Positions 15,031-23,576 are shown, numbered from the stretch's first letter. The stretch: 32,575 nt of DNA from an uncultured Candidatus Saccharibacteria bacterium (GCA_964502345.1 CAZCWH010000002.1:1649-34223), one strand, 5' to 3'. Translations and numbers: made by a program. The notes: generated by a model not told the origin, from the letters alone.

Positions 15031-17222
15031 ACCGTAGCAGTTTTTTCGGCTGTGCTAATAGTGTCAGGTTGGATTCGTGCACGATCTCCATACTCAGCGC
15101 GTTTTCCTTTATTCCATTGATCAACGGGACGGAGGTATCCGACGATACGTGTATATACTTCACAGCTACTTTCACAAGTAGGGCACGTAAAGACCTCACC
15201 ATGGAGGTATCCATGAGTGGGGCAGACACTGAATGTGGGTGAAATGGTGAAGTATGGGAGGTGATAATTCGTACAAATCTTTTTAACGAGTTGCTTTACG
15301 ACTTCCGTATCGCGCACCCGTTCACCGAGGAAGAAGTGTATGACTGTTCCACCGGTATATTTCGTTTGGAGGGTATCTTGAAGCTCAAGTATTTCGAATA
15401 TGTCGTCACTATGTTGAACAGGGAGATGTGTTGAGTTTGTGTAGTACGGATCGTCTACCTCGTGACCTATGCCGTTTGCGAAAATCATGTCAGGAAAACG
15501 TTTCTGGTCCATGAGTGCAAGACGATACGAGGTTCCTTCTGCAGGTGTTGCTTCAAGATTATAGTTATTGCCAGTCTCTTCTTGGTAATCAGCAATTCGC
15601 TCACGCATGAAATTGAGTATTTCTGTAGCAAAGGCTACTCCTTCCTCAGTTCCAATGTTTGTGCCAAGTAAGTTCCGGATTGCTTCGTTGGTCCCGACAA
15701 GCCCAATTGTTGAAAAATGATTTTTCCAATAGGTACCGTATGCTGTTTTTATATCTTCGAGGTAATACTTTGTGTAGGGGTACAGATTTTTATCAGTCAT
15801 TGATTCAAGAATCTTGCGTTTGATTTCAAGGCTTTCCTTAGCAATATCCATGAGCATGCCGAGTTTTTTGAGGAATTCTGCTTTGCTTTTGCACGTCTTA
15901 CCAAGTCGTGGAAGGTTCATGGTCACAACCCCGATCGAACCTGTGAGTGGGTTTGCACCAAAGAGCCCACCTCCGCGCTTTTGAAGTTCACGGTTATCGA
16001 TACGAAGCCTGCAACACATTGAGCGTGCATCATCGGGGCTCATATCCGAGTTAACAAAGTTTGAGAAGTAGGGGATACCATACTTTGCAGACGCCTCCCA
16101 CAGATTCACAATATTTTCGTTATCCCAGTCAAAGTCTTTTGTTATGTTGTAGGTCGGGATAGGGAATGTGAATACACGTCCTGAGGCATCCCCCTCACAC
16201 ATGACTTCAAGGAATGCTTTATTGAACATATCCATCTCTCTCTGAAATTCACCGTACGTTTCTTTTGTTTCAATACCACCTCGTATCACACGCATGGTTT
16301 TGTAGTGTGTGGGCATAGTGAGGTCGAGGGTGATGTTGGTGAATGGAGTTTGGAAGCCAACACGTGTGGGCACATTTACATTAAATACGAACTCTTGCAT
16401 TGCTTGTTTCACTTCATCGTACGTGAGGTGGTCGTACCAGATGAATGGGGCAAGTAGCGTATCGACATTTGAGAATGCCTGCGCACCAGCAGCTTCTCCT
16501 TGGAGGGTATAGAAGAAATTCACCATCTGACCGAGCGCAGTCTTGAAATGCTTAGGAGGTTTGCTCTGTACCTTACCAGCGACACCGCCAAATCCCTTGC
16601 GAAGGAGGTCATACAAATCCCATCCAACGCAGTACACTGAAAGTTGATTAAGGTCATGGATATGAAAGTCTCCGGAAGCATGCGATTCACGTACTTCTGT
16701 TGGATATATTTTGTTGAGCCAGTATGTCTTACTGACTTCAGATGCAATGTAGTTATTGAGTCCCTGGAGGGAAAACGACATATTGCTATTCTCATTCACC
16801 TGCCAATCGGCACGCGCAAGGTACTGGTCGACGAGGTCGATCGACTCAGTGTTCACCATGCGACGAATTTGAGAGTGTTGCTCGCGATAGAGGATGTATG
16901 CCTTTGCAGTATCGAGGTACCCAATACTCATGAGTGTTCGCTCAATAATATCCTGCATCTCTTCAACGGTAGGAGTGTATTTTTCAACTTTTGATGCGCG
17001 TTCATTAAGTTCGGCAAGTACTGCTTTCATGATCTTCTCAGGAGCGCCTCGCGTGTATGCACCGGTAGCATGAAGCGCCTTCTCGATCGCTCGTGTAACC
17101 TTTCCTTGGTTGAAGGGGACCTTTCTACCTGAACGTTTGATTATATGCGTGAGTTTCTGCTCTTTTGTTGTATGTGGCATGGTGGCGGTGATTAAAATGC
17201 GGTTGCCCTGAGCAACGCGCAT
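15027..17222 (-). CDS. nrdD: Anaerobic ribonucleoside-triphosphate reductase (class III) with an N-terminal ATP-cone
   Basis: 731 aa. ATP-cone IIKRSGRKVPFNQGKVTRAIEKA. Zn-ribbon CPTHGYLHGEVFTCPTC. Glycyl-radical region YTRIVGYLRPV. An alternative ATG lies at 17180. Confidence 0.95.
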   Translation of the reverse strand: MRVAQGNRILITATMPHTTKEQKLTHIIKRSGRKVPFNQGKVTRAIEKALHATGAYTRGAPEKIMKAVLAELNERASKVEKYTPTVEEMQDIIERTLMSIGYLDTAKAYILYREQHSQIRRMVNTESIDLVDQYLARADWQVNENSNMSFSLQGLNNYIASEVSKTYWLNKIYPTEVRESHASGDFHIHDLNQLSVYCVGWDLYDLLRKGFGGVAGKVQSKPPKHFKTALGQMVNFFYTLQGEAAGAQAFSNVDTLLAPFIWYDHLTYDEVKQAMQEFVFNVNVPTRVGFQTPFTNITLDLTMPTHYKTMRVIRGGIETKETYGEFQREMDMFNKAFLEVMCEGDASGRVFTFPIPTYNITKDFDWDNENIVNLWEASAKYGIPYFSNFVNSDMSPDDARSMCCRLRIDNRELQKRGGGLFGANPLTGSIGVVTMNLPRLGKTCKSKAEFLKKLGMLMDIAKESLEIKRKILESMTDKNLYPYTKYYLEDIKTAYGTYWKNHFSTIGLVGTNEAIRNLLGTNIGTEEGVAFATEILNFMRERIADYQEETGNNYNLEATPAEGTSYRLALMDQKRFPDMIFANGIGHEVDDPYYTNSTHLPVQHSDDIFEILELQDTLQTKYTGGTVIHFFLGERVRDTEVVKQLVKKICTNYHLPYFTISPTFSVCPTHGYLHGEVFTCPTCESSCEVYTRIVGYLRPVDQWNKGKRAEYGDRARIQPDTISTAEKTATV

Positions 17223-17288
17223 GCTATTATTGATAACAATCTATATGAGCATTATATATAGGTACTCATCTATGCATTTTTAACTACT

Positions 17289-17642
17289 GTGGAAAAGGAA
17301 AAAAGAAACAACAAATCAAGTAATTCCGATACAAAAACCTATCCGCGTCCAGCGTGGGTGAAGCCAAGTATTGTGAGCGAAACTGAGCTCTGTCCTGACT
17401 GTTTCAAGGTTGTTGGTGTTCAGAGTCGGTATAAGCTCGTTTGTTTACTTGGGAAATCAAAAGACGGAATCACTGTTGGCAAATTAACTGAGGAACTGGG
17501 TCTCAAACAGCCAACAATCACGCATCATCTCAATATTTTAAAGTCAGTAAATGCTGTTGATGTGGAGGATAGGGGAAGGGAGCGTGTGTATACACTCAAG
17601 CGGGATGCTCACTGCTTTGAGGAGTGCAAGATTCCATTTTAG
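17289..17642 (+). CDS. ArsR/SmtB-family transcriptional regulator with terminal Cys motifs
   Basis: GTG start, 117 aa. The HTH is VGKLTEELGLKQPTITHHLNILKSVNAV. CPDC lies upstream of the HTH and HCFEEC at the C-terminus. There is no ELCVCD-type alpha-3 site. Confidence 0.8.
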   Translation: MEKEKRNNKSSNSDTKTYPRPAWVKPSIVSETELCPDCFKVVGVQSRYKLVCLLGKSKDGITVGKLTEELGLKQPTITHHLNILKSVNAVDVEDRGRERVYTLKRDAHCFEECKIPF

Positions 17643-17701
17643 CTTTTCTCGCCTGAGTATCTTTCAAGGCGTTTTAGATGCTGAAAATCTCAGTACGTCT
17701 T

Positions 17702-17710
17702 TGCTATACT
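17702..17710 (+). promoter_or_regulatory. Extended -10 element TGcTATACT just upstream of the transglutaminase-like gene
   Basis: ttTGcTATACTcaATGtgtATG. It is 2 nt from ATG 17713 and 8 nt from ATG 17719. Confidence 0.4.
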
Positions 17711-17712
17711 CA

Positions 17713-18327
17713 ATGTGTATGTTTCCCAAGGACTCAAAAGAGTTTTTAATACTCTCAAAGCTCAATACTCCCGAAAAGATTCAGACATTTCTTGAAAAGA
17801 TTCCATCGAATGCTGAAAGGGGAGGCGAGACATGTATGTCGCCCAAGCGCGTACTTCGCGAACATAGGGCGCATTGCATTGAAGGAGCGTTTCTTGCCTG
17901 TGTGTGTTTGATGCTTGCGGGAAGGAAACCACTCATTGTGAGCCTTAAGGTGAAAAAGCCAGATGATGATCATATCGTCATCCTCTTCAAGGAAAATGGG
18001 TACTATGGAGCACTGAGTAAGACCAATCATCCCGTGTTACGGTACCGAGATCCAGTATATCGCTCAGTGCGCGAGCTCGTGATGTCGTATTTTCATGAAT
18101 CATTTCTTTACTCGACCGGAGAAAAGACTTTGGTTGGATATACAAAGCCCATCAATATGAAGCGGTTTGGAATGAAGTGGATTACGGCAGAGGAAGATCT
18201 TTGGGATATTGCAGAAAAGATTTATGACACACCAGTTATCTCTATTGTGCCCGAAAAAAATAAGCGACATATTCGGAAAGCACAACCGTTTGATATACAG
18301 TCACTCGATGTACAGGAGTGGAAGTGA
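17713..18327 (+). CDS. Hypothetical cytosolic protein, possibly transglutaminase-like / papain-fold
   Basis: RAHCIEGAFLACVCLMLAGRKPLIV resembles the Transglut_core Cys motif, followed by DDHIVILF. The assignment is tentative. The track ORF starts at 17551, inside the ArsR gene. Confidence 0.5.
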   Translation: MCMFPKDSKEFLILSKLNTPEKIQTFLEKIPSNAERGGETCMSPKRVLREHRAHCIEGAFLACVCLMLAGRKPLIVSLKVKKPDDDHIVILFKENGYYGALSKTNHPVLRYRDPVYRSVRELVMSYFHESFLYSTGEKTLVGYTKPINMKRFGMKWITAEEDLWDIAEKIYDTPVISIVPEKNKRHIRKAQPFDIQSLDVQEWK

Positions 18328-18341
18328 GCTGGTAGAGCAAT

Positions 18342-18626
18342 ATGAAAGCAACTAATGCATCACAGGTACAAAAGCTTACTGATATACCAAATGTTGGGTC
18401 AAGGGTAGCTCAGGATTTTACCTGTATTGGCATACAGCATCCAAAAGAACTTAAGGGAAAGAATGCATACATGCTATATAAAAAGCTATGTTCGGTCACT
18501 AAGACGAGACATGATCCATGCCTGCTCGATACGTTCATGGCTGCTGTAGATTTTATGAATGGCGCCCCTAAGCGACCGTGGTGGTATTACACAAAGGCAC
18601 GAAAAAAAGAGTATCCAGGAATTTAA
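18342..18626 (+). CDS. Helix-hairpin-helix protein (Cdd1 / mitomycin-resistance McrB-like family)
   Basis: 94 aa. LTDIPNVGSRVAQDFTCIGI...YMLYKKLCSVTKTRHDPCLLDTFMAAVDFMNGAPKRPWWYYT matches my recollection of this family. Confidence 0.7.
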   Translation: MKATNASQVQKLTDIPNVGSRVAQDFTCIGIQHPKELKGKNAYMLYKKLCSVTKTRHDPCLLDTFMAAVDFMNGAPKRPWWYYTKARKKEYPGI

Positions 18627-18647
18627 AGAGCAATACTATATAATTGT

Positions 18648-18911
18648 ATGTATATGAAAACTAAATTAGGAATGATATTTGCAGGAGTCTATGTCGTACT
18701 CGCAGTGTATTTAATAGTCACGCAGGGACTTTTTGGAGAGAGTTTCATCGCGCTCATCCTTGGAATGCCATGGACGCTCGTCCTCTCATTTTTTGAATTC
18801 TTCGGTGCAGGAGGGCTCGTTGCGGGAATCTTACTCGTTATACCGATGATACTGAATGCGTATCTGCTCTATCGCCTGGGTAATGCACTCGGTATGCGCC
18901 AGAATAGGTAG
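18648..18911 (+). CDS. Small hydrophobic membrane protein (3 TM)
   Basis: 87 aa, almost entirely hydrophobic. TATAAT at 18639-18644 is 9 nt from the alternative ATG 18654. Confidence 0.5.
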   Translation: MYMKTKLGMIFAGVYVVLAVYLIVTQGLFGESFIALILGMPWTLVLSFFEFFGAGGLVAGILLVIPMILNAYLLYRLGNALGMRQNR

Positions 18912-18942
18912 CTTCATGATGTCTTCATCATGTGTTGGATAA

Positions 18943-18951
18943 TGTTATAGT
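18943..18951 (+). promoter_or_regulatory. Extended -10 element TGtTATAGT, 5 nt upstream of ATG 18957
   Basis: ataaTGtTATAGTacattATG. No SD is present. Confidence 0.4.
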
Positions 18952-18956
18952 ACATT

Positions 18957-19388
18957 ATGAAAAATATACTCACTCAGATTTTTGTGACGCTTGGTGTCAT
19001 ATTCCTTATCCTTCTACTCATCGGTACGTACTTCTTTATTACTGATCCATACAACCTCAAGCCGCTTATCTTTGGGAGTGGTCCCACAAAGACGCAAACA
19101 AGTAATAACCCAAATACAGGTAATACAACTCAGAATACAGCTCAAACTGGAGATTCTAGCACGTCCACACAAGCGGTAACTGCGACAGGGGGTTTTGAGC
19201 TCTCAGAAGCACAGCGACAGGCGCTTATTTCACTTGGGATAGATCCTTCCGCAGTACCATCTTCTATAAGCGAAGAACAGGAAACTTGCTTTGTAAGCGT
19301 CTTAGGTGAAGCGCGTGTCAGCGAAATTAAAGCAGGAGCGGTTCCGAATGCTATTGAATTCTATAAGGCAAAAGCGTGCGTCCAATAA
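18957..19388 (+). CDS. N-terminally anchored hypothetical exported protein
   Basis: 143 aa. TM segment FVTLGVIFLILLLIGTYFFI, a T/N/Q-rich linker, then a small C-terminal domain. Confidence 0.5.
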   Translation: MKNILTQIFVTLGVIFLILLLIGTYFFITDPYNLKPLIFGSGPTKTQTSNNPNTGNTTQNTAQTGDSSTSTQAVTATGGFELSEAQRQALISLGIDPSAVPSSISEEQETCFVSVLGEARVSEIKAGAVPNAIEFYKAKACVQ

Positions 19389-19482
19389 AATCTTTGAATC
19401 GACTGGAATAAAGGGGACTCTGTTACGTATTGTAGAAAAGTTCGTATATATAGGTACAATATATAAATAATTTTGTGTACCT

Positions 19483-20208
19483 ATGAATAAAAATTTCCTC
19501 TTTATTATTTTAGGAATCGGAGTGATTGCACTCGTGATTACTACTGCAGCTATATATCGATTTAATACCTCCGACTCCTTGGAGCTTGCTCGCAATACGA
19601 ATACTACAGAGCAATTCGAGGAACAAGATGATGTGTCGGGTGATAGAAGTACAAATCCGGAGAATCTAGGAGGACCAACTGGGAAGATTAAGGCAGATGT
19701 GTTTACTGGGAAGCTTGAAGTCGTTGATACGGGCTGTTTTGCTGATGGAGAGTGTTTCGTCACTGTAGATGGGAAACACGTCACCGCGCTTAGGGGTTGG
19801 AGTCGAGACACTGTAGGAAGTATCGAAGGTGTTGACTCATTTGGGGATCTTGAGAAACATATTGGCGAGACTGTAGAGGTCTATGCACAAGTCAATGTGG
19901 ATGGTACGTATACGCTCTACGGGAGTGAGGGCTTTTATATCAAACTTATCTCTGGAGCTGGTACTCCGAAATCTGCACAACCACTCACAAAAGGAGAGTG
20001 TGTGATTGGAGGGTGTAGTAGCCAATTGTGTGTGGACACCTCACTGGGGGATATTATGTCCACGTGTGAATACCGTGAAGAGTATGCGTGTTATCAAAGT
20101 GCGACCTGTGAACGGCAATCAAATGGGCAGTGCGGATGGACAGAAACAAAGGAATTAAATGAATGTTTACTTACCAAGAAAGGTTCCTCAGACTTCGAAG
20201 TTCAGTAG
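19483..20208 (+). CDS. N-terminally anchored exported protein with a C-terminal eight-cysteine domain
   Basis: 241 aa. TM segment FLFIILGIGVIALVITTAAIY. The C-terminus GECVIGGCSSQLCVDT...STCEYREEYACYQSATCERQSNGQCGWTETKELNEC contains exactly eight Cys. Confidence 0.6.
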   Translation: MNKNFLFIILGIGVIALVITTAAIYRFNTSDSLELARNTNTTEQFEEQDDVSGDRSTNPENLGGPTGKIKADVFTGKLEVVDTGCFADGECFVTVDGKHVTALRGWSRDTVGSIEGVDSFGDLEKHIGETVEVYAQVNVDGTYTLYGSEGFYIKLISGAGTPKSAQPLTKGECVIGGCSSQLCVDTSLGDIMSTCEYREEYACYQSATCERQSNGQCGWTETKELNECLLTKKGSSDFEVQ

Positions 20209-20238
20209 ATCGTTGTTAGGCTCGAGCAACACAATGAT

Positions 20239-20604
20239 ATGAAGAAGATGAAAAGCTATAGCACTATCGATGGGTACATAGAGTCCTTTCCAAAGGAGGT
20301 ACAGAAATCGTTACAACAAGTTCGAGCCACTATTGCAAAGGTCGCCCCACAAGCAGAAGAAGCAATTCGCTATGGTATTCCAACGTTCAGATTGAAGGGT
20401 AATCTGGTGCACTTCGCGGGGTACGCAAATCATATTGGCTTTTATCCTGGAGCTACTGGAATTGCCGCTTTTAAAAAAGAGCTTTCAAAATATAAGACAT
20501 CGAAGGGTACTGTACAGTTTCCGCTTACTACTGTAATTCCATTTCCACTCATACGAAGCATAGTAAAATTTAGGGTGAGGGAAAATATGAAAACATCCCG
20601 ATAG
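20239..20604 (+). CDS. DUF1801 (YdhG-like) domain protein
   Basis: 121 aa. IDGYIESFPKEVQKSLQQVRATIAKVAPQAEEAIRYGIPTFRLKGNLVHFAGYANHIGFYP. Confidence 0.8.
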   Translation: MKKMKSYSTIDGYIESFPKEVQKSLQQVRATIAKVAPQAEEAIRYGIPTFRLKGNLVHFAGYANHIGFYPGATGIAAFKKELSKYKTSKGTVQFPLTTVIPFPLIRSIVKFRVRENMKTSR

Positions 20605-20661
20605 TTTTTTGTTGGGATTTCTACAGCTCTATTCGCGCGCTTCTTGGTGCTTAGATCAAAC

Positions 20662-20693
20662 AAAAAGAGATTCCGAAGTAGGAATCTCTTTTT
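20662..20693. terminator. Bidirectional rho-independent terminator between convergent genes
   Basis: AAAAAGAGATTCC-gaagta-GGAATCTCTTTTT: a 13-bp stem with an A-tract on one side and a T-tract on the other. Confidence 0.65.
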
Positions 20694-20709
20694 GTACGCA
20701 GAGCATACA

Positions 20710-21594
20710 TTAGCCCTTTGTTGGTATGAACATAGTATTTTGTATCATGGTCTCTAGGTCTGCTTTCATCGGAGAAGAGTCATCGATATATGATCCTGTG
20801 AATATAAATACGAAGTCACCATTCGTAACGACGTAGGTGTTTGTTGCATAGAGGCCGTCAACGGTGTACTTGATTGCTTTAGCACCCCCGACCGCTGTCT
20901 CAACTGGATCGGTCATTGCAAGTTCAATATTGGATTCAAGGGGATGGCGTGTGACCCAGACTGCAGGCCAAAGTTTTGCCGAGTTTTTGTACACACGGAG
21001 TGCGATTACTGGCGGCCCTTCACGTGGAGTCGTTGTATTACTCATTTCAAGTACATCGCTTTCAAGCATAAATTGATATCCGAGAACAAAATCAGGACTT
21101 GTATTCATTTCGGCTTCTTCTGTAGTTACGACGTACCCGTTAGGTCCTTTGCGAAAAGGGAACTCAATACCAATCTCTGCATTTTGTATTTGTCCTTCGA
21201 CACGGAAGTAATGTGAGACGTCGTCACACGGGACAATTTTGCCGTCCTCCATTTTGTTACCACGGACACTCACGATGTCACCGATAGCCACATTGCCTGG
21301 TGACGCAACAGTATCCACTGCCGCACAGAGAAGACGACCCATAGAGGGTAGTGCAACCTCAAACGATTCACCCACGGGGGTTTTGAATGTGATGCGTCCA
21401 GGTCCATCAACCATCATTTCGTCAAGATTGACCGCAGTTACTGTACCTTCAAGTGTTACTGTCTCTACATCACCCTGGTGCTCCGTATCGTCACCTTGCT
21501 TTTCATGGTAAATGTAGGCGTTCAGTATAAAAAAGAGTGCGACCAGAACGAAGCAAATCAGTACTGCGTAACCTAGTATTTTCGTTATATTCAT
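20710..21594 (-). CDS. N-terminally anchored hypothetical exported protein
   Basis: 294 aa. TM segment ILGYAVLICFVLVALFFILNAYIY. I recognise no family. Confidence 0.55.
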   Translation of the reverse strand: MNITKILGYAVLICFVLVALFFILNAYIYHEKQGDDTEHQGDVETVTLEGTVTAVNLDEMMVDGPGRITFKTPVGESFEVALPSMGRLLCAAVDTVASPGNVAIGDIVSVRGNKMEDGKIVPCDDVSHYFRVEGQIQNAEIGIEFPFRKGPNGYVVTTEEAEMNTSPDFVLGYQFMLESDVLEMSNTTTPREGPPVIALRVYKNSAKLWPAVWVTRHPLESNIELAMTDPVETAVGGAKAIKYTVDGLYATNTYVVTNGDFVFIFTGSYIDDSSPMKADLETMIQNTMFIPTKG

Positions 21595-21705
21595 ATACGT
21601 ACGTAATAATTTTTAACCCTTTATATTCTATTGTATACGAATAAAATAGCGTTTTGTAACAGGCTTATTTCAGCTATCAAGAAAAACTCTCCCACCTGAC
21701 TTTTT

Positions 21706-21714
21706 TGATATACT
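21706..21714 (+). promoter_or_regulatory. Extended -10 element TGaTATACT, 6 nt upstream of the rarA ATG (leaderless geometry)
   Basis: ttttTGaTATACTccatctATG. No SD is present. Confidence 0.45.
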
Positions 21715-21720
21715 CCATCT

Positions 21721-22875
21721 ATGGAACCACTTGCGTCTCAAGTACGACCCCAGAGTCTAAAGGATTTTATTGGTCAGAAACACCTGGTCGGTAAGGGCAT
21801 GCCACTCCGGATTGCGATAGAAGAGAAGCACCTTTTTTCCTTTGTGCTCTGGGGTCCGCCAGGAGTAGGGAAGACAACCCTTGCTCGCATCTACGCTAAA
21901 AGTGTGCACGCTCAGTTTTTTGAACTCTCAGCAGTCTCAGCTGGCAAAGAGGATATTAGAAAAATTGTAAGAATACCCACTGATTTGCCAGGACAACCAA
22001 AGATTCTATTCCTTGATGAGATACATCGTTTTAATAAAGCACAACAAGACTTTCTCTTACCGTATGTCGAGTCAGGCACACTTACACTCGTCGGTGCAAC
22101 AACAGAGAATCCAAGTTTTGAGATAATTGCTCCACTTCTCTCGCGCGCACGCGTCTTCGTGCTCAAAGAGCTCACAATGGAGGAGATGGAGGAAGTAATC
22201 AAAAAGAACGCAACACGTGCAAAGATAAAAATTAATCAGAAAGCGGTCATGTGGCTGGCAGAAATTGCAAATGGAGATGCTCGCCAAGCACTCTCAATGC
22301 TCGATGCAGTACACCATCTGTATGGTTCGGTGACCATTCTGCACCTCAAACAGGCACTTCAGGAGAAGTTTCTTCGGTACGATAAAAAAGGTGAAGAACA
22401 CTACAACACTATTTCAGCCTTCATTAAGAGTATGCGAGCTTCACAGCCTGATGCTGCACTCTATTATCTCGCACGTATGATTGATGCTGGTGAAGACCCA
22501 AAGTTTATCGCTCGAAGAATGGTGATATTTGCCAGTGAAGATATAGGTCTTGCACAACCAACGGCACTCGTTGTTGCAAACGCTGTCTTTGATGCTGTCG
22601 ATAGAATTGGGCTTCCTGAGGCGCTTATTAATCTTGCCCATGGGGTTGCATACCTCGCTGAGGCAAAGAAAGACCGACGTGCGAATGATGCTATTTTTGC
22701 CGCGCTAGATGATGTTAAGAAACATGGCAATCTACCTGTGCCTTTCATGATCCGCAACGCACCTACTAAACTCATGAAAGAGATCGGGTATGGAAAGGGT
22801 TATGAAAAGTACACAGAGGATGAGCTTTTACCTGAAAAATTAAAGGGCAAGCGGTATTTCAAGAGGGGTACGTAG
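21721..22875 (+). CDS. rarA: Replication-associated recombination protein A (AAA+ ATPase)
   Basis: 384 aa. [14 protein letters not shown], Walker [10 protein letters not shown], Walker [46 protein letters not shown]. Confidence 0.9.
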   Translation: MEPLASQVRPQSLKDFIGQKHLVGKGMPLRIAIEEKHLFSFVLWGPPGVGKTTLARIYAKSVHAQFFELSAVSAGKEDIRKIVRIPTDLPGQPKILFLDEIHRFNKAQQDFLLPYVESGTLTLVGATTENPSFEIIAPLLSRARVFVLKELTMEEMEEVIKKNATRAKIKINQKAVMWLAEIANGDARQALSMLDAVHHLYGSVTILHLKQALQEKFLRYDKKGEEHYNTISAFIKSMRASQPDAALYYLARMIDAGEDPKFIARRMVIFASEDIGLAQPTALVVANAVFDAVDRIGLPEALINLAHGVAYLAEAKKDRRANDAIFAALDDVKKHGNLPVPFMIRNAPTKLMKEIGYGKGYEKYTEDELLPEKLKGKRYFKRGT

Positions 22876-23508
22876 TTACCTCGTACGGGCACGTTTATGA
22901 TACAGGAATCCCAGAATTACGATTATACCAATAAGTGTGAGTAGCTCGATAAGAGACTCAATCGATGCAGATTTTTGGATAAGTGCCCCAAGTAGTTCTG
23001 TACCAACGAAACCAAAGTATAAGTAGACACTGTCGCGGATAATGGTGCCAAGAAAAGTCGTGATAACAAAGAGTCGAAGCGGAACTTTAAGGAGACCTGA
23101 GCCAACTGATACAACAACGCTTGGTACAAAGGGTAATGCGCGAAAGAGCGTAAGGAGGAAGTAGTCACGGTAGCCATTTCCAAGTTTTTTACCAAAGTTT
23201 TCGACGTCTTCATGGCTTACACCAAAGAATTTTCCAAATTTGTCCATTATGAGATCTTCGGCCCGGTCAGTAACAAAATAAACCACGACTGCACCAATGG
23301 TTTTCCCGAGTGCGGCAATAATGGCAAGTAAGAGGAGTCCTAAAATCGTGTAACTCTGGAACGAAGCAATGGTCCCGGTAAGGATCATGACTGTTGGTGA
23401 AGGTATGGGAGCGATGACTTCCTCTATGAATGATGCAATGAAAGCAAAAAGTTCGAGTGGAACCGTATGTGCGAGCGCAAGCAACGATGATTCAAGTTGT
23501 GTAAACAT
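22876..23508 (-). CDS. DedA / VTT-domain membrane protein
   Basis: 210 aa. FIEEVIAPIPSPTVMILTG followed by multiple TM segments. Its stop codon directly abuts the rarA stop. Confidence 0.8.
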   Translation of the reverse strand: MFTQLESSLLALAHTVPLELFAFIASFIEEVIAPIPSPTVMILTGTIASFQSYTILGLLLLAIIAALGKTIGAVVVYFVTDRAEDLIMDKFGKFFGVSHEDVENFGKKLGNGYRDYFLLTLFRALPFVPSVVVSVGSGLLKVPLRLFVITTFLGTIIRDSVYLYFGFVGTELLGALIQKSASIESLIELLTLIGIIVILGFLYHKRARTR

Positions 23509-23519
23509 ACAATTGCATC

Positions 23520-23528
23520 AGTATACCA
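23520..23528 (-). promoter_or_regulatory. Extended -10 element (minus-strand TGgTATACT), 11 nt upstream of the dedA ATG
   Basis: The reverse complement of 23509-23535 reads ...ttTGgTATACTgatgcaattgt followed by ATG. Confidence 0.4.
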
Positions 23529-23549
23529 AAAGGTGAGTGTAAAAGTCGT

Positions 23550-23576
23550 TTGACGTGAGGTTGCATCACGTACTAT
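23550..23576 (+). promoter_or_regulatory. Sigma-70-like promoter (TTGACG ... TACTAT) with an embedded inverted repeat ACGTGA-N7-TCACGT
   Basis: TTGACG at 23550-23555 and TACTAT at 23571-23576, a 15-nt spacer (17 nt if the -35 is GTTTGA). The inverted repeat spans 23553-23571. Confidence 0.4.

Noticed and set aside
15462-16994. Several 67-116-aa ORFs antisense to or out of frame with nrdD, and similar nested ORFs inside nifS, the HK gene, the adhesin and the ATP-grasp gene
   Set aside because: They are embedded in strongly supported conserved CDS and have no motifs or start signals. They are typical shadow ORFs.
17241-17270. Possible NrdR boxes upstream of nrdD
   Set aside because: The AT-rich palindromes do not match the NrdR box consensus as I remember it (two 16-bp acaCwAtATaTwGtgt-like sites). 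It is reported only as a generic operator candidate.
17551-17712. Upstream extension of ORF 17551-18327
   Set aside because: It overlaps the ArsR gene in another frame. A -10 box and ATGs at 17713 and 17719 give a more sensible start.
22868-22886. GTACG-N9-CGTAC hairpin spanning the abutting rarA and dedA stop codons, as a possible bidirectional terminator
   Set aside because: The stem is only 5 bp and there is no U-tract, which is too weak to call.
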